Position numbers and translations under genes: made by a program | Notes under the pieces: generated by a model | The model's input: the letters and a program-made list of their open reading frames with translations, nothing else | Told to the model about the DNA's origin: nothing | Databases searched by the model: none | Sequence record: MZ779063.1 | Source of the DNA: Staphylococcus phage vB_SauM-UFV_DC4 | Strand: one strand, 5' to 3' | Length of the DNA stretch: 64,000 bases | Shown here: positions 29,841 to 39,010 of the stretch, in pieces | Layout: the number at the start of each line of letters is the position of its first letter | Numbering within the stretch: position 1 is the first letter of the stretch

Positions 29841-30659
29841 ATGAAAAATAATACAAAATATTTTATAGATAAAAAAAGAGATGAATTAATTGAAATTGAT
29901 AAAGAATATCTTAATCGATATGAGTATATTGCACACGTATTAACTGTCATTGATATGAATAAGCTTTTATATATTGAAGATCATGCTAGATCCTTTATAA
30001 ATGGTATTAATATTGAAGAAAATGATGTGGGAAATGGATTGACTTTTAATAATATAGAAATTCATAATAATATCCATTTCAAAAATATAAATAGTAAAAA
30101 TAATGCGTATAAAAATTTTAATACCGATTTTTATATAAACTTCTTTATTGATAGAATGGATAAAGTTAAAACTCAGAATTTTAAGTTAAAATTTAATTTT
30201 TATAATTCAATATATAAAGAATATTTTAATAAAATTACCAATAATTTATTAAATGAAGATAATTTAGTCAATGAAGGAGTAAATAAAGAAATAAGATCTC
30301 TTATGAATTTTGAATTATTTAAAAAAGAGTTATATAATACTAAATACAATAATAGTGAATATTTAAATCTTTTTGAAAATTCATCATATATGAAGGACAA
30401 TGTTATTGGATTTATAAATAAATTTGAAGGATTATTTTCTAGTGTAATATACCAAAATAACCTTAGTGTATTAATGACTCTTTATGAAATAAAATACATG
30501 TATGAAGATGACATAGATTTTTATATTAATTTTTATAATGAAAATTATGGTTTAGTTAATATATTAGAATTAATCGAAAGTGATGAAAATGATTTATTTA
30601 AAGAAATTAAAACAGAAAAAGAAATGAAAGCGTTTAAAGTTAGAAAAGGATTCAAATAA
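29841..30659 (+). CDS. C-tail family protein (tail KTEKEMKAFKVRKGFK)
   Basis: ATG at 29841 sits right after the upstream stop, so it is preferred over the overlapping track start at 29793. Confidence 0.5.
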   Translation: MKNNTKYFIDKKRDELIEIDKEYLNRYEYIAHVLTVIDMNKLLYIEDHARSFINGINIEENDVGNGLTFNNIEIHNNIHFKNINSKNNAYKNFNTDFYINFFIDRMDKVKTQNFKLKFNFYNSIYKEYFNKITNNLLNEDNLVNEGVNKEIRSLMNFELFKKELYNTKYNNSEYLNLFENSSYMKDNVIGFINKFEGLFSSVIYQNNLSVLMTLYEIKYMYEDDIDFYINFYNENYGLVNILELIESDENDLFKEIKTEKEMKAFKVRKGFK

Positions 30660-30680
30660 TATAAAGAAAGGATTTTTGTA

Positions 30681-31421
30681 ATGGAATATAATAATTACTA
30701 TAGATATAAATTAGATGGAAAAATACTTCACTTTGATATGGATAGAACTGATTTACGTAGAGATAAATTGGCTGAAATATTTACTAAAGTTAAGATGGAA
30801 TATATTTATAAAGATAAAAAAATGATTAAAAAAGCAAGAAACTTTATTTACCGATCTAATCTTTCTTTAGAGTATTCTCATTTTAAAGATAAAGTATTTG
30901 TAATCAAACAAATTTCTAAAATGCTAAGTAAAAACAATGTAAGGGATTTATTAATTTACGATACGGATCTTAGTTTAGAATTTAATTCTATTTTAGACGG
31001 TGGTATATTTAAAAAAGATTTTCCAGAAGGATCCTTTTATGAAAAAATAGAAAGTAATATGAATAGAAAATATTTAATTTTAAGTGATAATATAAGACAC
31101 ACTAGTGAAAGTTTTGTTGATTTATATGATAAAGATTATATTTTAAATTTTGAAGAAGTAGAATTGCTAGTCAAAGAATTTAATAAAACTCTTTTAAATT
31201 ATCTTATGGATTTAATGAGTTATGGAAATCTAGAATTAAAAGTTAGAAAATCGGAGTTAGCATATTTTATGACAGGAATATATACAAAAATGGAAGAAAA
31301 CGAAGATAAGTTATTCCCTATATTTGATTATAAATTTTTACTTAATGAATCTGGATTATTTGAAGAGATTACAGATGAGAAAGTTATTAAAGAATATTTA
31401 GTGAAAAATAATTTTAAATAA
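30681..31421 (+). CDS. C-tail family protein (tail ITDEKVIKEYLVKNNFK)
   Basis: conserved tail. Confidence 0.55.
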   Translation: MEYNNYYRYKLDGKILHFDMDRTDLRRDKLAEIFTKVKMEYIYKDKKMIKKARNFIYRSNLSLEYSHFKDKVFVIKQISKMLSKNNVRDLLIYDTDLSLEFNSILDGGIFKKDFPEGSFYEKIESNMNRKYLILSDNIRHTSESFVDLYDKDYILNFEEVELLVKEFNKTLLNYLMDLMSYGNLELKVRKSELAYFMTGIYTKMEENEDKLFPIFDYKFLLNESGLFEEITDEKVIKEYLVKNNFK

Positions 31422-31437
31422 AAAGGAGATCAATGTA

Positions 31438-32220
31438 ATGAGTATAAATAAAAGTCATAAAAAATATTTTTTGAGTAAAATGACAGATGATTTATTTGAA
31501 GTTACTAACTTATACAGATATAATATAAATGAAGATTATTTATATCTACCTCAATTACTTTCTAATTTACAAGTAAAAAGTAATGAAGAAATAAATATAC
31601 TTTCTGAAGAGATTGTTGGTAAAGATGATAATGGAGAGAATTTATGGTCAGGAACTATATCAGCTGGATATATTTTTCCAGTTATCAAATATAATGTTAA
31701 TAATAAAAAGACAACGAATATACTTATTATTGATTTTGATATTATTTTCAACGAATCAATAGAAAATGAAAACTATTTAAAAGTTAGAATTGAAAATCCA
31801 TACTCTTCAGGTATAAATTCAATAATTTTTAATAGCGTTATTGGCAATATATTAGATGAATCCAATTCTTTAAAAGTGCCTTTTAGATTTCATATAAATA
31901 GCATGGAAGATTTAATATCAGATTTTAATAATGGTACAGAAAATAATTTTAGAAATAATAAAGATTTATACCAAATATTAGTTGAAGTAAATAGTTCTAT
32001 ATTGGAACTTTTATCACAAATTAGAGATCATTTTGATATAGAATTCTTTGTATCAGATTCTTGTTTCTCGCATATACCGGAGAATGATAAAAGAGATAAT
32101 GATGATATAGATGATAGATACTATAATTTATTTGACGAATATAAAATATCTGGAGTATTTGAAGAGATTATGGATGAAAAGATTATTAAAAAATATTTAG
32201 TGAAAAATAATTTTAAATAG
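31438..32220 (+). CDS. C-tail family protein (tail IMDEKIIKKYLVKNNFK); RDHFDIEFF subfamily
   Basis: tail plus LLSQIRDHFDIEFFVSDS. Confidence 0.55.
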   Translation: MSINKSHKKYFLSKMTDDLFEVTNLYRYNINEDYLYLPQLLSNLQVKSNEEINILSEEIVGKDDNGENLWSGTISAGYIFPVIKYNVNNKKTTNILIIDFDIIFNESIENENYLKVRIENPYSSGINSIIFNSVIGNILDESNSLKVPFRFHINSMEDLISDFNNGTENNFRNNKDLYQILVEVNSSILELLSQIRDHFDIEFFVSDSCFSHIPENDKRDNDDIDDRYYNLFDEYKISGVFEEIMDEKIIKKYLVKNNFK

Positions 32221-32235
32221 AAGGAGATCAATATA

Positions 32236-33030
32236 ATGGGTGTAATTAAAAGTGATAAAAAATATTTCTTATGTAAAATAAATGATGAATTATTTGAAGT
32301 TGATAAAAATCATAGAGATTCATTTTTATATGACTATTTACCTTTAATAATAGCTGAAAAAATAATTAATTCGACTGAAAAAGATTCATATGAAACTAGA
32401 GCAATGGATGTTTATTATAAAAAAGAAGATAATGTAATTGAAGGTAATTTAAAATTTTTAGCAAGATGTTTACTTCCTGTCCTGTATAATTTCAATAATA
32501 AAAATTCATTTAAAACCGTTATGACTCTCGCAAATTTTAAATTTAAAAGGGATGCTAATAAATCTACTTTTAGTATAGATAAAAATAGTGTTAATGATAA
32601 AATACTATTTCAAATGAGACCTTTAGGAAATGAAATTGATGATATTTTATTTAATAGTATTATAAGTGACCTTTTGAACGAAGATGACGAAATAGAAATG
32701 AAACAAATGTTATTAGTTGGTAATTTTGAAAAATTATTAAACGAAATTGATAGTCAAAATATAAAACATCATGATGATTTTAAAATTTTAATCAAAGATA
32801 TATTCAATATTTATCTTAATTTATTAAAATCCTTAAGACATCATCTTAATATTGAATTTTTCTTTTCTGAATCTTCTTTTCTAGACACGTTAAATGTTTA
32901 TAATTTTGATATTATTAATAAAGATAGTTATAAAATAAATATTTTTGAAGATGATTTAGATGGAATATTTGAAGAAATTACCGATGAAAAATTTGTTAGA
33001 GAATATTTAGTGAAAAATAATTTTAAATAA
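32236..33030 (+). CDS. C-tail family protein (tail ITDEKFVREYLVKNNFK); same subfamily
   Basis: tail plus LKSLRHHLNIEFFFSES; 3' end and downstream RBS nearly identical in DNA to 31421 and 32220. Confidence 0.55.
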   Translation: MGVIKSDKKYFLCKINDELFEVDKNHRDSFLYDYLPLIIAEKIINSTEKDSYETRAMDVYYKKEDNVIEGNLKFLARCLLPVLYNFNNKNSFKTVMTLANFKFKRDANKSTFSIDKNSVNDKILFQMRPLGNEIDDILFNSIISDLLNEDDEIEMKQMLLVGNFEKLLNEIDSQNIKHHDDFKILIKDIFNIYLNLLKSLRHHLNIEFFFSESSFLDTLNVYNFDIINKDSYKINIFEDDLDGIFEEITDEKFVREYLVKNNFK

Positions 33031-33043
33031 AGGAGTTAATATA

Positions 33044-33880
33044 ATGAGTGATGTATATTATGAATATAAATTGAGAAATAAAATATTTAAGTTTAATGAT
33101 GAAATTGAAGATTTAAGCGATACCGGTATTAAGAACTTTATAACATATGAAAATAATATTTTAAGCAATTTATTGACAAATATATTAATTGATCATACTG
33201 TCTATGGTTTTATACCGAATATATCCTATGAAGAAAATAAAAATGATGGTGTTGATAAAGAATATGTAAAAAAGGTAAATTTAAGTATTTTAAAACATTT
33301 ACCCTTAGTATCATACAGTGTAGGTAATTCAAATATATTAAATGATTTTTCTTTAAATGTCAATTCTGTTGTTGATATTTATAAAAAAGGAAATTTCGAA
33401 GATGAAGAAGGCAATAAAATGATTATACCTAAAGAAAATTTTAAATTGGAGACAAATATAAATATTGATAATTTAGGTGGAAAAATCGATCATGAATTAT
33501 TTAATAAAATATGTGGAGATATTTTTGATCAAGACGAGAATTTTTTATTTTATAAAATGTATGATCATATATTAGAGGAAAATTCTATGTCACTATATGA
33601 GAATATAGGAAATATAAATAATAAATTGGTTTATGAAATTATACTCCGTTTAAATAATAATATTTTATCATTATTTGAAAAAATCAGAAGTCATTTAGAC
33701 GTGAGATTTTATTTAAGAGATAAAGACTTTTATCTTTTCAGTAATGGAGAAATAGACAAAGATTCATTAAGTGACGAATATATTGAAATATCTGAATTTT
33801 TAGGAAAATCATCTTTATTTAAAAAGATTACAGATGAGAAGATTATTAAAAATTATGAAATAAAAGAAAACTTCAAATAA
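33044..33880 (+). CDS. C-tail family protein (tail ITDEKIIKNYEIKENFK); same subfamily
   Basis: tail plus LFEKIRSHLDVRFYLRDKDF. Confidence 0.55.
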   Translation: MSDVYYEYKLRNKIFKFNDEIEDLSDTGIKNFITYENNILSNLLTNILIDHTVYGFIPNISYEENKNDGVDKEYVKKVNLSILKHLPLVSYSVGNSNILNDFSLNVNSVVDIYKKGNFEDEEGNKMIIPKENFKLETNINIDNLGGKIDHELFNKICGDIFDQDENFLFYKMYDHILEENSMSLYENIGNINNKLVYEIILRLNNNILSLFEKIRSHLDVRFYLRDKDFYLFSNGEIDKDSLSDEYIEISEFLGKSSLFKKITDEKIIKNYEIKENFK

Positions 33881-33936
33881 AATTAAAAATTTATAGTAAC
33901 GGAAATATATTTATCAATAGGAGTTGAAACTGGATA

Positions 33937-36672
33937 ATGAAGATTAAAAGATTAAAGTTAAAGAATTTTATCGGTATTTATGCTGGTATGGGATTAAAAG
34001 AAGTTGAAATTGATTTTAGTAAAAGTAAAAATAATATGATTATGCTTCTTGGAGATAACGCTTCAGGTAAGACGACAGTTATGTCTAATCTTAATCCATA
34101 TAGAGAAACTAATGATCAACGTAAAACTATAGTATTAGAAGATGAAAAAGGTATAAAAGAGATTGATTATATTAAGGGTAATGATGTTTATGAAATTAAA
34201 CATCATTATGGTAAAAACAGTTCTCAAAATAAATCATTCATTAAGAAAAATGGTGAAGAACTTAATGAAAATGGTGGTATTAAATTATTCAATGAAATAG
34301 TAGATAAAGAATTAGGTGTATCTAAAGAATACTTTACTGTAGGTCGTTTAGGTGATAACGTATCAAACTTCATTGACTATACTACAGGTGATCGTAAATC
34401 ATATATCAATAAATTTGTACCTAATATTGATAGATACTTAGAAGCTTATAAAGTAGCTAATGAGAAATTAAAAATTATTACTAAAGATTTAAAATCACTT
34501 AGATTTGATTTAGACAAATATAAAGAATTTGATGAAATCAAAAAAGAAAAAGAGAATTTAGAAACTTTAATTGATCAATTACAAAATGAACTTGATGAAG
34601 CTAATAAAGATAAAACAACTCATGAAACTAAAATGAATTCTATCATGGAAGATAAGTACAAAGAGATTCATCCAACTGAATATAAAAATCAATTAATTAA
34701 TGAAATTAATGAACTTAATCAAGAATTAGAAAAAGAAAGAAAGTTAAAAGAAGATAATGAGAATTTAAATAAATATACTATTGAATCCGCTAATGAGAAA
34801 AAAGATAAAATAGATACTATATTAAATAATACTAATAATGAGTTGACTTCTGTTGAGAAAGATAAAGAGAATAATCAAGATAAATTAGATGATTTAATCA
34901 GTAGAAAATCTAAAATAGAATCTCGTATGAATGCTATCAAATTTAATGAAGATTATGATGCTTCTGATGAAATTGATTCAATTCTTGAAGGATATAAAGA
35001 AGATTTAGAAGGTATTAAAGATGATGTAGATATTTCTAGAGGGTCTTTTGTAAGTGAATTCGGTTTACAAATTAAAGATAATATTAAAGAGGATTCATTA
35101 AGATTATATGTAAATGATTTAATTTCTAAGGTAGATAATTTTAAAGAATTTATTAATGATAATGAATTTAAATATGGTTCTATTCGTGGAGATTTTGAAA
35201 GTGAAATTAAAGATAATAATGAAAAAATTTCTATGAACCAGAATGAATTTAATGAAATTAATACTAAGCTTAATCAAATTAAAGGTAAATCAGACTTATT
35301 AAAAATATTAGATCAAAAAGATCATGAACACTATAATGAATGTGTATTTGTTCCTTTAGTAGCTGACTTTAAAGATAATGAATTTGATTCAATTTCTGAA
35401 TTAGAAAATAAAGGTAATCAACTTTATAAAGATAATCAAGAATTAGAAAAAGATAATAGATTATTATCTAATCATATTGATTTATTACGTAAATTTAATG
35501 ACATACTTAATAGCAGAAATGGTTTAATTGAATATATTGGTTTTGAAATGATTGATATTGATAGTATTGAAGAAATATTTACTAATGGTAATACATTCTC
35601 TAGTGAACTAAATAGACTTAATTCATTAATTGAAAAGACAAATGAAATTCGTACTAATGAAACTAATAGAGATAAATTGACTATTGAATTAGAGAGAAAA
35701 GAAAATGCTCTTAAAGAAGATTATTCTAATAAGAAAATATTAGATCAATATAAAGAAGATAAAGAAGATTTAGTTAAACAAATTGAAGAAATTAAAAATA
35801 AAAATAATGAAATTTCTGAGAATCTTAATTATCTTAATGGTCGTAAAGAAAAAGCAATTACTAACTTAAATATTATTAATGAATTTATTAATCTAACAGA
35901 GAGATCTGAAGAAATTAAATTAAAAATGAAAGATAAAAATGATATAGTTGATGACATTGATAAGGATCTTTCAAAATTAAGTAATTTATATGAACTTAAT
36001 CAAAAAGCAGACAATAAGATTCAATCTATTAAAGATAATTTAACTATGAAGAAAAATGATTTAGAATCTACTAAAGAAAAATACTTTGCAGTTAATTCTA
36101 TTATTACTAAGATTGATGAAATTGAATCAGTGTTATGGAAATATAATATGGTGGTAGACTCATTAAATCCTAAGAAAGACTCTATACCATTAATATTCAT
36201 TACTAATTATCTTAAAGATATTGCAGTAAGTACTAATGAATTACTTTCAGTTGCTTATAATAATTCATTTAAAATTGACTTTGACTTAACAGATAAAGAT
36301 TTCTTTATTAATGTGTATAAAGGTAATGGAACTGAACTTAAGGATATTAAAGAAGCTTCTCAAGGAGAAACAGCTTTAACTAATATTAGTTTATCATTAT
36401 CATTATTAAACAAAGTATCTCAAGATTATAATATTCTATACTTAGATGAAATGGATTCAACATTAGATTCTAATAATAGAAGAAGATTTGTTGATGTGAT
36501 TGACAGACAAATTGAATTAATGGGTCTAGAGCAAGTATTCTTAATTAGTCATAATGATGAATTTTATAGTGCTAATATTGACTTAATTTTACTTAAAGGA
36601 TATGAAAGTAAAATTGACATTAATAATGAAGAAATGATGCAAGGTAAAAATGTATTATTTAAAGTAAACTAA
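33937..36672 (+). CDS. SbcC/Rad50-like SMC-type ATPase
   Basis: N-terminal IKRLKLKNFIGI...LLGDNASGKTT (Walker A); long central coiled coil; C-terminal signature/Walker B region ...ASQGETALTNISLSLSL... LYLDEMDSTLD. Confidence 0.7.
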   Translation: MKIKRLKLKNFIGIYAGMGLKEVEIDFSKSKNNMIMLLGDNASGKTTVMSNLNPYRETNDQRKTIVLEDEKGIKEIDYIKGNDVYEIKHHYGKNSSQNKSFIKKNGEELNENGGIKLFNEIVDKELGVSKEYFTVGRLGDNVSNFIDYTTGDRKSYINKFVPNIDRYLEAYKVANEKLKIITKDLKSLRFDLDKYKEFDEIKKEKENLETLIDQLQNELDEANKDKTTHETKMNSIMEDKYKEIHPTEYKNQLINEINELNQELEKERKLKEDNENLNKYTIESANEKKDKIDTILNNTNNELTSVEKDKENNQDKLDDLISRKSKIESRMNAIKFNEDYDASDEIDSILEGYKEDLEGIKDDVDISRGSFVSEFGLQIKDNIKEDSLRLYVNDLISKVDNFKEFINDNEFKYGSIRGDFESEIKDNNEKISMNQNEFNEINTKLNQIKGKSDLLKILDQKDHEHYNECVFVPLVADFKDNEFDSISELENKGNQLYKDNQELEKDNRLLSNHIDLLRKFNDILNSRNGLIEYIGFEMIDIDSIEEIFTNGNTFSSELNRLNSLIEKTNEIRTNETNRDKLTIELERKENALKEDYSNKKILDQYKEDKEDLVKQIEEIKNKNNEISENLNYLNGRKEKAITNLNIINEFINLTERSEEIKLKMKDKNDIVDDIDKDLSKLSNLYELNQKADNKIQSIKDNLTMKKNDLESTKEKYFAVNSIITKIDEIESVLWKYNMVVDSLNPKKDSIPLIFITNYLKDIAVSTNELLSVAYNNSFKIDFDLTDKDFFINVYKGNGTELKDIKEASQGETALTNISLSLSLLNKVSQDYNILYLDEMDSTLDSNNRRRFVDVIDRQIELMGLEQVFLISHNDEFYSANIDLILLKGYESKIDINNEEMMQGKNVLFKVN

Positions 36673-36708
36673 AATCTGTTATTAAAAATTTGAGAGGAGT
36701 AACTCTAT

Positions 36709-36996
36709 TTGATTCTTAATGTTAATAAGACTTTAGATGCTAAATTGGAAAAAGAAATGTATGATGATATTAGAACTGCATTCATTGATAGTACGTTAAC
36801 ACCAATCCGTTATAAAAAATTAGAAGATTTATGTGAAATCCATAATAAAGATATAAAACTTTATTATAACCATGATATGATAGAATCTAAAGAATTAAGA
36901 AAAAGTTTGATTAGATTTTATAAAGAAAATAATTTAGATGAAGACGAATTCATTATAAAGATTAAAAAAGAAGTTATTAAAGATACATTTAAATAG
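36709..36996 (+). CDS. small protein with a C-tail-like ending (...KKEVIKDTFK)
   Basis: 95 aa; TTG start in the track. Confidence 0.45.
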   Translation: MILNVNKTLDAKLEKEMYDDIRTAFIDSTLTPIRYKKLEDLCEIHNKDIKLYYNHDMIESKELRKSLIRFYKENNLDEDEFIIKIKKEVIKDTFK

Positions 36997-37012
36997 AAAA
37001 GGACGGTTTTAT

Positions 37013-37165
37013 ATGGATAAAAAGAAATTATGGATATTGACAGGTATAACTTTTTTAACATCTCTCACAGTAAATTTCATTATTTTATATTATAAAGATA
37101 AATATAAAATGGATGATATTGATACAGCAGAAGATCCATTTATGAAAGGTCCATTATTTATATAA
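37013..37165 (+). CDS. small single-pass membrane protein (50 aa)
   Basis: GGACGG RBS-like sequence; hydrophobic stretch WILTGITFLTSLTVNFIILYY; not in the ORF track (below its length cutoff). Confidence 0.35.
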   Translation: MDKKKLWILTGITFLTSLTVNFIILYYKDKYKMDDIDTAEDPFMKGPLFI

Positions 37166-37174
37166 TTTAAATAT

Positions 37175-37216
37175 TGCCAAACATTCTTTAAATAGAGTGT
37201 TTGGCATTTTATATTT
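37175..37216 (+). terminator. rho-independent terminator
   Basis: TGCCAAACA...TGTTTGGCA hairpin followed by TTTTATATTTT. Confidence 0.6.
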
Positions 37217-37288
37217 TAATTTTTTATGAAATCTAAGTAACGATTAAATTATCAAAGTAGCAATTGAATTGAGGAGTGTTCAAAGATA

Positions 37289-39010
37289 ATGGGTAGATTT
37301 ATTAAATCAACATATTTAAATAAAAAAGAGACACATTCAGGAAAAGAAAAAGTAGTAATGGTAGTTAAAGAAGAAGACGGTAATAAAAAACATATGGAAA
37401 TAACTGATCCAATGATGCATTATTATGTAACTAAAGATGAACATTGGTTACCACCTAATAAAATTGTAGGTTCTATTGAAAAAGATAAAGTAAGAACTGT
37501 TACTTGTAAGCATAAAGATATTATCAAATCAGTAGTTAAAGAAGCTGGTAATGCTCAAGATAAAGCAGAATATGATAGAATTATGAAATCAGGTAATTGG
37601 CAAGAATATAGAAAATTAAAAGATTTTCATTTATTAAATAATGCTCATGGATCTGATATTAATATAGAAGATTATAATATTAATGAGTATATTAAAAAGA
37701 ATTTAGATAGTAAAGTCGGTATAGATATATGTCTATTCGATATTGAGGTTGATGGTTCTCAAGTAACAGGCTTCCCAGATCCTGAAAAAGCTGAAGCAGA
37801 GATAAATATTATAACTGTAGTGGATTGGAGTAAGAAAAAAGTATTAACATTCGCTCTTAAATATGACACTGATACTTATAGAGAAACTATGAAAGATCAA
37901 GATAAGTTAATTAAAGACTTAAATGAAATCTATAATAATGAAAATAGTGAAATTGGTAAAGATTTAGGTTTAGAATTTGAAATATATGAATTAGATACAG
38001 AAATGCAAGTAATTAAATCTTTCTTATACTATATTAATGAAATTAGTAAACCTGATATATGTACAGCATGGAATCTAGATTATGACTTCCCTGCAATATT
38101 TGAACGTATTAGAGCTAATGGAGAAGATCCTGCAGATTATTTCTGTTCTAAAGAATTTGAAGATAAAAAAGCATATTATAAATTAGATAAAAATGCTACT
38201 GATATGGCTAATAGATCTTCTACATTTGAGACTAATTCTTATACTAACTGGATTGACCAATTAGCTTTATATGCAAATATTAATAAACCTAATGGTGCTT
38301 TGGAATCAGTTAAGTTAAATGATATTGGAGAAAAAGAAGCGAGAGTTACTAAAGATGTTTATGAAGGTTCTATCTCTGATTTACATTTTAGAGATTATTA
38401 CACATTTATACTTTATAATATTAAAGATACTGTATTAGCTGCATTAATTGAACATAACACTAATATGTTTGATTTATTATTCTCTATTGTAGATATGACT
38501 AGAACAAGACCTAGTAAAGCACTTAAGAAAACTATTTGTTTAAGAAATCGTAGTTCAGTATTCTTTGAAAATCAAGGATATGTATTAAGTAATAACCACT
38601 CAAAATTATTATCAGATCCGAATGCAGATAAAATTCGTGGTGGATTTGTAGCAGATATGATGTTAATTGAACGTAATGGTGATACATTAGTTAAAGGTAG
38701 AGATATTAGATCTAATAGATTATTTAGTAATGTTTGTGACTTTGACTTGAGTGCTCTATACCCATCTATTATTAGAGCATATAATATAACACCTGAAGGA
38801 CATGTGGGTAAAATGAATATTCTTGATAAAGATAGAATAACAGTGCCTAAGTATGAGGAAGATAAAGATAACTATGATTTTAATACTGAATTCGTAAGTA
38901 AGTTTAACAGTCAAGATAGTGTTGCTTTTGCTCAAGAATTTCATGGTTTACCTCCTCTTATTAAAGCATCTGATGACATTATTAAAGAATTAGAGGAGGA
39001 AATTGGTTAA
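37289..39010 (+). CDS. family-B DNA polymerase, N-terminal part (3'-5' exonuclease plus motif A)
   Basis: Exo I LFDIEVDG; Exo II WNLDYDFPAIFER; Exo III YNIKDTVL; pol motif A DFDLSALYPSII (nt 38738-38773); ORF ends about 80 aa later, before motif B. Confidence 0.75.
   Translation: MGRFIKSTYLNKKETHSGKEKVVMVVKEEDGNKKHMEITDPMMHYYVTKDEHWLPPNKIVGSIEKDKVRTVTCKHKDIIKSVVKEAGNAQDKAEYDRIMKSGNWQEYRKLKDFHLLNNAHGSDINIEDYNINEYIKKNLDSKVGIDICLFDIEVDGSQVTGFPDPEKAEAEINIITVVDWSKKKVLTFALKYDTDTYRETMKDQDKLIKDLNEIYNNENSEIGKDLGLEFEIYELDTEMQVIKSFLYYINEISKPDICTAWNLDYDFPAIFERIRANGEDPADYFCSKEFEDKKAYYKLDKNATDMANRSSTFETNSYTNWIDQLALYANINKPNGALESVKLNDIGEKEARVTKDVYEGSISDLHFRDYYTFILYNIKDTVLAALIEHNTNMFDLLFSIVDMTRTRPSKALKKTICLRNRSSVFFENQGYVLSNNHSKLLSDPNADKIRGGFVADMMLIERNGDTLVKGRDIRSNRLFSNVCDFDLSALYPSIIRAYNITPEGHVGKMNILDKDRITVPKYEEDKDNYDFNTEFVSKFNSQDSVAFAQEFHGLPPLIKASDDIIKELEEEIG

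Noticed and set aside
29377-31751. Several 66-69-aa minus-strand ORFs inside the C-tail array (29377-29586, 29750-29950, 30200-30400, 31551-31751)
   Set aside because: All lie antisense within densely packed plus-strand genes. Their L/I/S/F-rich translations are characteristic of chance ORFs in AT-rich DNA.
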